From NCBI RefSeq assembly GCF_006345805.1, contig NC_043002.1, forward strand, positions 61,256,001-61,320,000: a stretch of 64,000 bases of DNA. The letters are read 5' to 3'. The position numbers and the translations under genes are program-made. This document shows positions 1 to 12,531 of the stretch, in pieces. Numbering within the stretch: the first letter of the stretch is position 1; the number at the start of each line of letters is the position of its first letter. The notes under the pieces were generated by a model. That model was not told the origin of the DNA and did not search any database. It saw only the letters and a program-made list of their open reading frames with translations. The DNA comes from Octopus sinensis (taxonomy: Eukaryota).

Positions 1-227
1 ACCAAGGAAACCGAATTAGCTATTAAAATCCCCCATGGTATGAATGAATAAATAGGGACGAAAGACAAAAGTTATGTTATATTATTTGGCTGTAGTGAAA
101 TTAATAAGTTTGTTATGGAGGCAGAAATAAGGCGATTGAACATAACAGAGTATGGTTTGTGTGTTTTAAAAAAAATATGGCGGCGAAAATGAAGCGTAAA
201 TTGTTTACAGACATTCCAGGGAAATAA

Positions 228-482
228 CTACGAATAGCCATAAGAAATATATGTCAAGTGTGAAAGCAATTCTGTTAAAAATCGCATATTGAAACAACGT
301 TCTGAATCCGCATTTTGAAAATAAATGAATAACTTAGATATCTCATCCAGCTTAGACAGACTATGATCAAATACACACATCCCAAGCAACTGAGATAGGG
401 AGCAACCATTTTGGTCTGACGCGTTTCTCTCCTTTAAAGTCATTTCAATAACAGCAAAACCACTGAAATTTCCAAATCTCAA
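228..482 (-). mobile_element. Probable decayed hAT transposase C-terminal fragment
   Basis: Translation contains 'FQNADSERCFNMRFLTELLSHLT', resembling the (S)NAxSERxFS motif of the hAT dimerisation domain; the rest is degenerate. Confidence 0.4.
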
Positions 483-734
483 TAAAGTTATGAAAATATA
501 ACGTATAACGAAATATTTTAGTACTGTTTGTGGAATTGGTTATCCAGATTCTGTTTGGTATTGAGGAATTATTTATACCGATCTAGACGTGTATATAAGA
601 TAGTAATAATTTTGGTGAACATTCGTAGGCTTAAATTAATTTTGTGAATTTATAAAACGAGTAAAGGATACAATTTCATGTACACATACACCCCAGATCC
701 ACATGAATATATATATATATATCGGACACGGATG

Positions 735-995
735 TGTGCTGTATTCTTCAGCAAGACACGTTATTTCACGTTGCTACAGTTCACTCAGCTGTAGAAATGG
801 GTTGCGATATCACATGTCACAGATAAGCTGTGCTTAGCGGCCTTCACATTTATCGTGGATAAAATCGGTGGAGTGGACGGGGAGGCAGATATGCACACGC
901 AGCTGCTAGTCTTCCATAAATAACCTTACCTGGCGGGAGGGAACTTACTAGGTACAATGGCATGGTCAGGAATGACTGAAGGGGGAACTTTACCG
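735..995 (+). mobile_element. 5'-truncated tRNA-derived SINE (same family as 54090-54348)
   Basis: 'cagcaagacacgttatttcacgttgctacagttcactcagctg' closely matches the reverse complement of the 54200-54265 segment. Confidence 0.5.
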
Positions 996-1080
996 AAGGG
1001 GGAATTTTACGCCCCACTCTCTGTCTCTCTCTCTGTCTCTGTCTCTCTCTGTCTCTCTCTCTGTCTCTCTCTCTCTCTCT

Positions 1081-1130
<50 letters not shown>

Positions 1131-1131
<1 letters not shown>

Positions 1132-2195
1132 TGAGAAAGTTGGTGTGTGAAAGCACGTGGTTGAATATATAGAAAATAGTAAAAAGTGAAAAGACTACAG
1201 AATGCTTGTTTTAAAAGGTTAAAAAATATATATTTGAGTCATTATGTCTGAAGAATGTTATAAATTTTTTTCATACAATGACGTAGTTTTTGAAGAAATG
1301 ACCGGTTTTGCGTTCAGCTTTTCAAATTTCTTACATCGTTATGTTTACGTTGAGAGGTGTGAAAAATAGTTCCAGATAAGGGGAGGTAATAAGTGATTTC
1401 TTCCGGTGTAAAGGAGATAATCGCTTAATATTTCTTGCTTTTTTGGGTGAGTGAGTTTCTCTGTATAAGAATGTTGGAATGGTTGAGTTTGGGCTTGTAT
1501 TTTTCAATGAAGAATGTTTCCTTGTTTAGTCTAATTTGTGTAGGTGTTCCGATAGCACATTGGTAAAATGGAAAGATTAAGAATTGTGGTAGTAGTTGCT
1601 TTGCGCATTTCTCAATATGCTCACTAAAGGGTATCATTCTGTATTCTGGGAATGCAATCTGTTGTCGATGCAGTGTGCATCTACGTCTGAGTGATAGTCA
1701 CGTGGACCCACGTAGTTTTGGTGGCAGCCCGAGCATTTTATGACATAAATTATGTTTTCAGAAGCACAAGTAAAATTAGATTTGATCGGAACACCAACAC
1801 AAATTAGACTAAACAAGGAAACATTCTTCATTGAAAAATACAAGCCCAAACTCAACCATTCCAACATTCTTATACAGAGAAACTCACTCCCCCCAAAAGG
1901 CAAGAAATATTAAGCAGTTATCTCCCTTACACCGGAAGAAATCACTTATTACCTCCCCTTATCTGGAACTATTTTTCACACTTCTCAACGTAAACATAAC
2001 GATGTAAGAAATTTGAAAAGCTGAACGCAAAACCGGTCATTTCTTCAAAAACTACGTCATTGTATGAAAAAAATTTATAACATTCTTCAGACTTATGACT
2101 CAAATATATAATTTTTAACCTTTTAAAACAAGCCTTCTGTAGTTTTTTCACTTTTTACTATTCAGCTGCTTGAGCAACTGTTTAACCACGTAGCA
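1131..2195 (-). mobile_element. Penelope-like element 3' fragment (GIY-YIG endonuclease) with inverted terminal copy
   Basis: Minus ORFs give 'IKSNFTCASENIIYVIKCSGCHQNYVG' and 'IRLNKETFFIEKYKPKLN' (PLE GIY-YIG). About 1150-1553 is the reverse complement of about 1785-2195. Abuts (TA)n at 1084-1130. Confidence 0.8.
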
Positions 2196-2705
2196 TTTTT
2201 CAGAACACAAAAATTTAAGCCTAAAGACCATTCGAACTTTTCTTTTTTCTTTTTTCCTCTTTCTTTTACTTTGCTTTTTTTCCCTTTTTTATTCCGGCAG
2301 ACTTCGATCTGCCAATATCCCTCGGGCAAAGTTCAAATCATTCTGATAATATTTGTTACATGGAACGAGACAAACTCAAACTTACCTCAAAAATATAAAC
2401 TGAAACAGCTGTAAATGTTATCTTAACCATCATTAAACTATGATCATTCGGTACTAATGATCAACTTCAAATTGTTAACTGTTGCTCCATTTCTTCCCTT
2501 ATCTTATACACACACACATACACACACACATAACACACACACACATATATATATATATATCTACACGCACGTACACACATATATGCATATACATGTATAT
2601 ATATATATATATATATACATACATATATATGAACACATATACATATATAGATATATACACACATAAATATATTTATATATATATATATATAAATATATAA
2701 GTAAA

Positions 2706-2777
<72 letters not shown>

Positions 2778-3062
2778 TACATATGAGAGGGAAACCACTA
2801 TGTGGATACCCTCATGCTAGAAGTAGGTCCGCTATGGTCTTACCACTAAGAAATGATCGCAAGAAAAATGCAGCAAAACAACCAAAACGTAATCGAGCAA
2901 GACAAAAGAAAAGCAATAAAAATATGGATTATCCACATACATATTACGTAATGTATACAATACATATGTATATAACACAATTTTACTGAACATTAAGTTT
3001 CTTTATATGCTGGACCACTGGTGTGAAATTGATGTTAATTAAATTTATATCAAATTTCTAAT

Positions 3063-3100
<38 letters not shown>

Positions 3101-3149
3101 CAAAGTAACAGGGCGCAGGATCTGGCAACAGCTATGCTTCTTAATTAAA

Positions 3150-3400
3150 AAATTTGAGCAAAGACGACTCCATCACCAGGACCAGATTTTTGCAGGCATC
3201 ATGGCACGCCGTCAAAATACTGCTTCAATTAAATGGAAGCACTACCCGTGATTGTGGCTTTGTGGTCCGATGCAATCAAGCCTTGTCATCCACTTACGAA
3301 AACACATAGTACATGATCCTTAAACAACGTGAGTCCTCAATTTGTTCCATTTGCCAAAGGGTTTTGAAGGTACCAGCAGGTCTCAAGGGACATATTTATG
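3150..3400 (+). mobile_element. Decayed 3' end of an RTE-type LINE ORF with a single C2H2 finger
   Basis: 'CSICQRVLKVPAGLKGHIYVH' has C-x2-C-x12-H-x3-H spacing; it is isolated, with stops upstream, as in the terminal finger of RTE-type ORFs. Confidence 0.45.
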
Positions 3401-3726
3401 TCCATAGTACATTATTAACTCTTCATTTCACTGAACTCAAATTTGCCGTTCACGGCAAGAGAGTTCATCATCATATATATTTGAAAGGCGTGGCTATCAC
3501 CGGCCGAATGGGGTAACTCCTGGATTCTGTTCCCAAAGCGACCTTCAAACATTAATGGACGGTGAAAAGACGCTGTACAGCTAAAAAGTTTTAAGGCGTG
3601 AACCCAAGTAGACTCTAGGCGGGCCATAACTATTTTTTATTATAATTACTACTGCTCAATAAATTAGAATGTGCTTCTCCTTAGGATTTATGATTTACTG
3701 ACGATGTATATATACATACATACATA

Positions 3727-3763
<37 letters not shown>

Positions 3764-4742
3764 AATATATATACGTATATTCATGCATACATACATGCAT
3801 ACATACATACATACATACACACACACACACGCACGCACACATATATATATATATATATGTTTCTCTGTGTATGTTCATGTCTGTGTTGGTTCCCCAACAT
3901 CGATTGACAACCGAACCTAGTGTGCTTACGTCCCCGTAACATAGTGGTTCGGCAAAAAGAACGATAGAATAAGAACTAGGTTTACAATATATATATATAT
4001 TAATATATATATATATTATATATATATATATTTATACGTTTATACGTTGTGAGTCCGTGAATCTGAATTAATTTTTGTTATTTTTGCTATAAAGTAGAAT
4101 AATAAAAATTGCTTTCCTGTAACAGTAGCATTTTTTTTTTCATAGTGTGTTCTGATTCATTTATGATTTCTGTTTCCAATTAAATTTTGTTTAACTTCTG
4201 AATGTTAAGATATTACAAAATGTACCCCGTAGCGATTTATAGTGCAATTGATGTTGTATTGGCAATCACCGAAAGTAGATAATTTCACTTTCTGAGGTTA
4301 CATAAATTTTGTAATAATCAACGGAATTTTGTAATAATAAACGAAATTGCCACTATCATATAATTAGCAATTGTAAGTTTTGTGGATGCTACTTGGTGCA
4401 GAAGAGATGACTAGCTCACAATATTTGTGAATAACTTTTATATAATATTTACAGAAAACACATTTTAAACTCTGATTTATAATTACTGTGAAAGTAATAA
4501 AAAAAAGAAGTTCAGTCCATCATTCGAATTACGATTGTATTTATTGGATAATAAATTCTTCACCACAAACTCGGACCCGCATGAAGCATAGGTTATTATA
4601 GAATGTTACGTTTAATTTCAGGTTCGAATATTCTAGTGAAACAAAAAGCAGGAACACACAGAGAAGCTCCCAAGTATCGCTGCGTCATAGTTTTTCATGA
4701 TACAAGTTATATATGTGTGTGTGTGTGTGTAATGTATATATG

Positions 4743-4844
<102 letters not shown>

Positions 4845-4869
4845 ATATATATAATGATAAATATCAGAG

Positions 4870-5130
4870 TGAGTTATCAACAGTAGCAGAAACACATCGT
4901 GATGTAAATATGCCATTTTAATATGGCTAACCCCTAAGGGTGGATGCTACTGTAGTTTTTTGCCCCAGGAAGACATCTCCGCCAGCTGGCTATAGACACA
5001 CTTTCTGTGCCCTATCAGTATTTGCAAAGGGAAGCCATTCTCCCCGTCTTCAACTTATGATACACACGGATCCGAGTTTCGAGGTATTGACCTATCATCA
5101 GCGTGTGACAATCACAGTTGTCGATAGGAA
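4870..5130 (+). repeat. Interspersed repeat (other copies at 47435-47550 and 47690-47890, minus strand)
   Basis: 'agggtggatgctactgta...cagtatttgcaaagggaagccat' recurs as its reverse complement twice near 47.5-47.9 kb. Confidence 0.75.
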
Positions 5131-5185
5131 GGAGGTTCTCTTTACATATATATATATAAACATATATACATATATATTATATATA

Positions 5186-5227
<42 letters not shown>

Positions 5228-5234
<7 letters not shown>

Positions 5235-6205
5235 TAGTGGTGGCCAATATCAGAGAACGAAGATAAATTTAAATATATTTACATTTCTACTTTATTATTC
5301 CAAATGGGATTTTTACTGTATTTAATTTAATGTGTGTTTATTATTTACAATAAATTTTCTAGGAAGTGATTTGTAACAAGATGGTTTAAAACAGAGAAAA
5401 TATTAACTTGAAAAATACAAGATGGAAGAAGTTAGAGAACAAATTCAAAAAGTAAAATCTGGTAACACTGCAACTTTTCTAAACTAAGTTAACTTAAGAG
5501 TGTGAAGATTTATATGGAACAGTAGTGAATTAATAATCATGGAAAGCAATATAAAGTTGGTGAAAGCTATAGGAATGGAGTGTTCATATTGAAAATAGAA
5601 GGAATGGCAAGGGTCTTCTATCGACCTGATAAAAAGAGTGTTGTTTAAGAATACGCAAGCTTTATGAAGAAATGAGCTCGTTTGTGTCATTAAAAAAATA
5701 GGGATTCCATGGAAATCAAGTGTTCAGCAACACTGTGTGATTCAGAGGTTGTTGTTAAGAGGCCGATTCAATAATATGACAGGAATTTCTTGCCAAGTAA
5801 ATTGTGAATATGGAGTGAATATATCTGGGAAGTCTGTGGTTTTATCTTTTGAAGTAAGTTGGAATTTATGCCTATTCCCGCCATTAAAATCCTCATCTGT
5901 ATGAAGGACTGAAAAGTGAGGTTAGTCTTTGCCATCAAGCACGTAATTTGGACGGATTAGAAAAAGGTGCGTGTGTTCTTCAATGGCAAAAACATGATTA
6001 ATTTGTTTGGCTTCGACGGTAGAAAATATGTGAGGTATCGCCAAAGTGAAAGATTGCTCCCTAAATGCATGAAAAAATCAGTAAAGTTTGGTGGTGAGAG
6101 TTTAATATTGCGGCGAATGTATTGTGCAGCAGGTTTTGGGCCCCTGATCCGTATCCATAGTAATCTCAAAGACCAAACATCGTTCTACAGCATGTTGTGC
6201 TAGCT
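5228..6205 (+). mobile_element. Decayed Tc1-family DNA transposon
   Basis: 5967-6203 encodes 'NLFGFDGRKYVR...PKCMKKSVKFGGESL...AAGFGPLIRI' (Tc1 DDE region). The left boundary at 'TACAGT' is tentative. Confidence 0.75.
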
Positions 6206-6329
6206 AGTATGTCATCTCCATCTCGTCAGCCAATTTACATGCAGGATAAAGCACCATGATACAGTGATAAACTAGTTAAGGTGGGGTTTGAATCTAAAGA
6301 AATCAAAACCCTTACCTTAATCCTATAGA

Positions 6330-6790
6330 AAACTTATGAAATATACTTGGTGATATAATATGGACGACGCTCGGGCTCGAAAATTGAACCGTTATGAAAA
6401 TCTCCTCGAGGAATGTGAAGACGCAGGCTGGAAAGCGGAACATTTTCCTATCGAAGTCGGATGTAGAGGGTTTGTTGGACACAGCGTGAGACGACTGTTG
6501 TTATCGATAGGCTTAACTCATCGTAAAGTCAATACTACCATGACTGATATCCAATCTACAGTGGAGAAGGTTATCCACTGGATTTGGTTAAAAAGAGACG
6601 ATGAGCGATGGCTAGAAGTATATTGAGTTCTTCATAACCAGCTGATCTAGCAAGCGGGGCCTCATATCAGTGAGGGGGGCCGGTGCGCATTGATGCCGTC
6701 GAGATGTAGGCCCCGAAACGGCGCGCATTCTCTCCTGATGATCCCATACACTTGCTAGCTTCCGGTATACGGAGCTTTTAACTGGTTGCA
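6330..6790 (+). mobile_element. 3' end of a REL-endonuclease non-LTR retrotransposon (HERO/NeSL-like) plus GC-rich 3' UTR
   Basis: 'ARARKLNRYENLLEECEDAGWKAEHFPIEVGCRGF...WIWLKR' is the RKxxKY / PxEVGxRG / WIW signature of restriction-like endonuclease C-termini. Confidence 0.8.
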
Positions 6791-7079
6791 CTTGCATGTG
6801 CAAGTTGTTTGCAAGACATCAGCGAGCACTGTCCAGTGATGGTTACAATTTTGTGGGAAAATGAATACAATTATGTCAGAACAATGTACGAAATAGGTGA
6901 AATCCTTCGGAGGGAAATGTGCTGAAGACATTCAAGATAAAGGAATGCATTTGTATTAATATATTGATGTGAATTGTAAGAATTTCAAGCAAAATTTTGA
7001 TTTCTTGAATTTTATGCCAAACGTTCTCTAATTTTGACCACTGTTGTACACACACACACACACACACACAAAGTAGTAG

Positions 7080-7087
7080 TTAGATAG

Positions 7088-7118
<31 letters not shown>

Positions 7119-7120
7119 GG

Positions 7121-7203
<83 letters not shown>
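7080..7203. repeat. (TAGA)n microsatellite
   Basis: Direct reading. Confidence 0.98.
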
Positions 7204-7204
<1 letters not shown>

Positions 7205-7365
7205 CAGACTGATAGGTATTTTTGGTATGAACTAAGCAATAATCACATGCAGAAAGGAAAAGATAATAACGCATATACAGACAAGTGAATTGATATTAGA
7301 AGGAAAAAAATATAGCATTAAATTCAAATATTAAAAAAAAATCTACTTACCTTATGAAATATCAT

Positions 7366-8343
7366 TTAATTACTTCTCTGATGTAATGTGTATACGTTCT
7401 CTCTTACAATTGCGGGCCTACGAACACATAACATTTTGAAATGTTCGCGAAACGCTCTGCTTGTAATAATATAACAAATGAAATTAAAACTGTTGTTAAT
7501 CAGAGACAAAGTACTTAAGAGAATAAAGAAGTGGAATTTCGTGTGAAACAGCCTATCGTTCTGCGATATAAGAGAGAAATATATTGATATAGGTAATGTC
7601 GTCATCAGAAATAAAATATTCATGGCAATTACAACGTGAATAGTGGTTCTTCTTCGTGTTGAGATGTTGCGCTGAATCTGTTCATTGAGATTCGGTCGTT
7701 GTAGTAACTTCGATATCAAGGCGATAGAACTGCCAACTAAAATCACTGCTGGTATGATTGAATAAAAAGCGAATAAAGAACCCAAATGAAACTTTGAATT
7801 CGTAGCCATTGTTTCATCTGTTATGTACAGTATAGACGCGAATATTAATAGAACCGCCATAAGGATGTACGGTTTATATTTATTCGAGTAATTTCGCCGC
7901 GGAAATGGAGTGTAAATTGCAAATACACGTTCCACGGATATAACTACTACTAGCCACGAGGAATACATACTTAGTACAAAAGAAATTCCATTAACAATTG
8001 AATATCCAAACAAGAGTTTGACAGAACTCACATTTTGAAAAACAAATGTGTAATATAAATATCTTGTGGAACCAATCCAGACTGTGCTCAAGTCTACACA
8101 ACCCAAACAAATAAGATATGCAGAAACTTGAAACTTGCGCATTTCTTTCTTGCAAAATATTGCAATAACAGCTAAATTACTGAAAGTTCCAAATGCCAAT
8201 ATTGTTATTGAAGCATACCGTATAGAAAGAATAATAGAAATGTTCGTGTTATTTATGTGGCTACTGTTGAGCAGTGGTACGTTGTATACACCCATTTGGA
8301 GTATGAAAATAATAGTCACAAGGTAACGCCAAAATCCTCTCAA
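7366..8343 (-). CDS. Rhodopsin-class 7TM GPCR, 325 aa (GPCR-1); orphan, peptide/FMRFamide-receptor-like group, candidate chemoreceptor
   Basis: Seven hydrophobic segments with GxxxN (TM1), YLxxLxxxD (TM2), SxWxxVxxSxER (TM3), YxxIP (TM5), FLxTTxP (TM6) and NxSxNFxCY (TM7). N-terminal NxS/T sites. The start could be M1 or M17. Confidence 0.93.
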   Translation of the reverse strand: MRGFWRYLVTIIFILQMGVYNVPLLNSSHINNTNISIILSIRYASITILAFGTFSNLAVIAIFCKKEMRKFQVSAYLICLGCVDLSTVWIGSTRYLYYTFVFQNVSSVKLLFGYSIVNGISFVLSMYSSWLVVVISVERVFAIYTPFPRRNYSNKYKPYILMAVLLIFASILYITDETMATNSKFHLGSLFAFYSIIPAVILVGSSIALISKLLQRPNLNEQIQRNISTRRRTTIHVVIAMNILFLMTTLPISIYFSLISQNDRLFHTKFHFFILLSTLSLINNSFNFICYIITSRAFREHFKMLCVRRPAIVRENVYTLHQRSN

Positions 8344-8399
8344 TGATTAGCCAGAGATGATTTTTAAAATGAGAATATCTGAAATAAACTCGAAAACTC

Positions 8400-8568
8400 T
8401 CACAAACTGGAATACTAAAAGTGAACCCGCTCGCTCTCAAAAATTAAGTAAAACATCCGGAAAAACAGTCCAAACATCCTTGAAAGTTCGTGAGATATCT
8501 TGTCCACAGACAAACTAACAAACGCGACTGAAAAACAATACCTGCACCTTCGCTAAGGCGGAGGTAAT
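8400..8568. mobile_element. Possible Helentron-associated non-autonomous element end
   Basis: Terminal imperfect hairpin 'atacctgcaccttcgctaaggcggaggtaat', typical of such elements as I recall them; not verified. Confidence 0.35.
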
Positions 8569-9504
8569 GATTCTTGTTTATAAGTGTTTAGAAAGATAAA
8601 TTAAATGTTTAGCAAATATTATTTATGAAATTTTATTCCGAGACAAATTTCGATGTAGATGCGTGTCTTGATATATGTATCAACAGAAGAAGCTTTTGGA
8701 ACATTTGTAGATTGTAAAACTGTATTATGAATGTTACTATTAGATCCTTGCACTATATTTAAATTCACGGTTAAAGTCCCAAATCTCAAACAATGCTTTC
8801 TTCTTTTTATTCACATATAAATATATACATTCATACACACTCTCTCTCACCCACACACCCACGCACATACATATGTGTGTCTGTGTGTGTACGTATATAT
8901 ATATATGTTTATGTGTGTGTGTTTGTGTGTGTGTATCAGTGTGTATATGTATGTATATTATTTAGAAGTGAAATAGATGGGCACACACACACACACACAT
9001 GCATACATATTGATCAATAATCTCTCTTGATTTTCTTCCACTATACACTAATAAACGCCTATAAAATATTTGTGCTGCGTCTACAATTAATCCTTTGTCT
9101 ACCTCCTTTAAACATCATTATCATATTACATGTTTGTGTGTGTATGCGTGTGTAAATATGTGTGTGAGTGTGTGTGTAGTTATATTGTTTATAGATAGAA
9201 AAATAGCTATGTTTACGTCCATATTAATCAAGAAACTTATTTACATTTGTTTCAGCATTAACTAACAATCACCTACCTAAAGCAATATTGGAGCGTCTAA
9301 CACGGTCCTTTGTAAATATCCTTTTAACGTCATTAGCATATTATACTCCACAAACATGAGCTGATTGAACATTCAATATTCATACTATATCATCTTCGTA
9401 ATCACTATCATAATTCCTATCATCGTTGTCATAAAATTAATCATCATCGTCATCCATATCACAGTTGTTATCAAATATTTATCATTATTACTATCCTCAG
9501 TAAT

Positions 9505-9722
9505 GTAGAGAGGTGGCACAATTAGTAGCACGCTGGTTGATATTCTAAGCGGCCTCTCGTCCATCGTTTCGTTCATCCTTACGTTCAAATTCTGCCGAGG
9601 TCGACTTTGCGCTTCATCCAATCGGGCTCGATAAACTAAGTACCAGTAACACACTAGAGCTGATCTAATCGACTAGTCACCTTCTCCTACATTTCAGGCC
9701 CTGTGCCTTTAGTAGAAAGGAA
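9505..9722 (+). mobile_element. tRNA-derived SINE, family S2
   Basis: 'ttcaaattctgccgaggtcgactttgc...cgataaactaagtaccag' is shared with copies at 20655-20862(-), 33632-33820(+), 42548-42685(-), 42730-42935(+) and 45895-46050(-). Confidence 0.8.
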
Positions 9723-10314
9723 TATTAATATATTTACAATTAACGTCAATATAATTATTCTATATTTTATTGACAAGTTTAAATGCTAAACAATCAAAAT
9801 TGGCTGTGAATTATCCTAAGATTTTGCAATACCATGTCTCCACATATCTGGAGAATATGTCTGAAGATTAAGATTAATGCCGAATCGTACTTCCGAAAAC
9901 CTATGCATTCAATGTCTTTTTGAAAACTGTCAATCCCATTTTGGTCTTCATAACCTTGAAGGTTTGCCTCTTATATGTCACCATCATTATCTGTCAATTA
10001 TTTTACGACATTAACGCCAAAACTGATTTTTTAAAATATATTAATTAGGTGTCACTTGGTTTGTGCAGAGCGTTATCGAATAATCATATTAATGATTATA
10101 AATTTTCTCGCAAATAAAATGCTGGCATTGAAAGATAAGATAGATCTAGATGTAAATAAGTAATATAGAAACTGAGAGAAGGAACTATACGCAATCAGCG
10201 ACGGATAACTACGTATGTCTACCTATATACGTAATTAAATCACAATTAAAAGACTTACAAATACCTGTAGATTAAAATAATTCGTAAATACCTCGTTTAC
10301 TTACAAAACATAGT

Positions 10315-10600
10315 TCAATTGTGTCTCTCATGTAGTGTGTACAGAGTCTGTCTCAAGCCCGTAGACTTTCGGAAAAAAAAGTTTTTCTGAATGATTTGCG
10401 AAATTGTAATCATATAACAAATGAAATTAAGATTATGCGTAATCAGAGACAAGATATTCAACAGAGTGAGGGTGGGGAAATTCACCTCAAAGGAATATAT
10501 TGTGTTAGGAAAGATTGTCAGCAGGAAGAAAGCATTCATCGCAATTACAACACGGACAGTGGTCCTTTATCGAGGTTTCTGAGGAAAATAGTTAGGGGTC
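10315..10600 (-). pseudogene. GPCR remnant, TM6-TM7-C-tail only (GPCR-2), closest to GPCR-1
   Basis: 'RTTVRVVIAMNAFFLLTIFP...NLNFICYMIT...YTLHERHN*' versus GPCR-1 'RTTIHVVIAMNILFLMTTLP...SFNFICYIIT...YTLHQRSN*'. In-frame stop just upstream; no 5' half found. Confidence 0.85.
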
Positions 10601-10753
10601 AAGATATAAGGAGTGGTAAGGTAGTTATTTATTTTTATTCTTATTTTTATTTATAAGATTTATTTAGTGTACATTTCAGAATTAAATCCTTTGGGAGTTG
10701 TATATTGTGTTCTAATTAATGCTGATAAATTAATTATAAATACACACACACAG

Positions 10754-10796
<43 letters not shown>

Positions 10797-10797
<1 letters not shown>

Positions 10798-10976
10798 CCA
10801 TGATAGATCGTTAGCCACTACACACATTTTTCTCCTCTTTTTTCTCTTCATGTTTTTTCTGTGTCCCTTTCTGTAGAAGAGCGTAGGCTCAAAACGTAAA
10901 AGACTTTTTCTATTCTAATACATCTGTTTGCTTTGTACACCAACTGTCTTCGTCTTTTGTTTTTTTCGTAAACTCT

Positions 10977-11040
<64 letters not shown>

Positions 11041-11223
11041 CCATGATAGATCGTTAGCCACTACACACATTTTTCTCCTCTTTTTTCTCTTCATGTTTTT
11101 TCTGTGTCCCTTTCTGTAGAAGAGCGTAGGCTCAAAACGTAAAAGACTTTTTCTATTCTAATACATCTGTTTGCTTTGTACACCAACTGTCTTCGTCTTT
11201 TGTTTTTTTCGTAAACTCTCCCT
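10797..11223 (+). repeat. Two identical ~185-bp units separated by (TA)n; probable PLE-type terminal repeat
   Basis: 10797-10981 equals 11039-11223. Related copies at 22060-22225(-) and 26720-26840(+). Confidence 0.85.
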
Positions 11224-11225
11224 AT

Positions 11226-11271
<46 letters not shown>

Positions 11272-12024
11272 TATACAGAGAGAGAGAGAGAGTTTATAAT
11301 TGGGCTTTCTGTTTACATTATAGGATAATATCATAATTTGTTCCGTTGTTCTTTTGTCTCAAATCAAAATATGAAATTACATATGTTCATATCCTTCCAT
11401 TATAACTCTCTCTTTCATTCGAATTCTGTATATCTTCATGAAATTGAAACATTTGTTTCAATTACGATTAGTAGTAACTCCTAATAAAAAGCAGTTTAAA
11501 TTGCGCTTGTAAGTAGACCGGCAAGGAATCTCAGGATGCTTGCCTTATCTCCATTTCATCCATTGAGTACAAAGTAGTTTATAAAGATTATCTTGATTAT
11601 ATTTTAAACCCAAACTGGTTGGTTGCATACGTTAGGTTATTGTGAGATTGAAGCAGACTGTATTTTCATTGAACATATTATGCCAATAATTTTGATTTTA
11701 GAAATAAAAGTGATATACAAAATTTAAAGCAACGCCATTTGGATATACATTGGTATTAATAGATCTCCTGTTTTGGTTATTCAAAACAAGACATCTCAGA
11801 TTAAAATGTCATCTTTTATATTTATGTCATATGGATTAACTTAAATGCACTTAATTCACATGAGGTGCCTCCGGATGTATAATTTCTACTATGATGTGAA
11901 GCAATTGAATACAGCGAAACTGAATAATGAAATTGACAATATCTGAAGCAAAATATTATTAAACCAAAACTATCTTCCCGTTACTCATATATGCATGTAA
12001 TGCATGAAGTCACATGAAATCTCA

Positions 12025-12297
<273 letters not shown>

Positions 12298-12442
12298 AAA
12301 GCAATTAAGATTCAAGTGAGTTCTGTTGAATTCACATGAATGCGGTACTTAACTTAGATGCACCAGATATCTATATGGTATTAACCATAAGATAATGCGG
12401 GGTGATTATAAACAAGAAAAAACCACCAAAAATTGATCAATA

Positions 12443-12531
12443 TTTCGGTACAATTGTTTCGTACGAAGACCAGCTTTATTAAGGCTGCAAATATTGCAGT
12501 AAATATAACGACCCATACTCATCAGCCAAAA
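12443..12531 (-). ncRNA. Type I hammerhead ribozyme motif (family A), sense to the PLE
   Basis: ttttgg-CTGATGA-gtatg...cgtac-GAAA-caattg-TA-ccgaaa. Both differences from the 16129 copy give G.U wobbles. Confidence 0.8.

Noticed and set aside
1240-1300. CTGAAGA in the first PLE's terminal repeat
   Set aside because: No stem II or GAAA partner found, and it lies antisense to the element.
3340-3402. C2H2 zinc finger as a member of the cephalopod ZNF expansion
   Set aside because: Single finger, no TGEKP linker or tandem fingers, stops upstream; it fits a LINE C-terminus better.
8296-8343. Signal peptide on GPCR-1 (MRGFWRYLVTIIFILQ)
   Set aside because: Absent from the paralogs, and M17 gives an N-terminus of matching length; it cannot be supported without transcript data.
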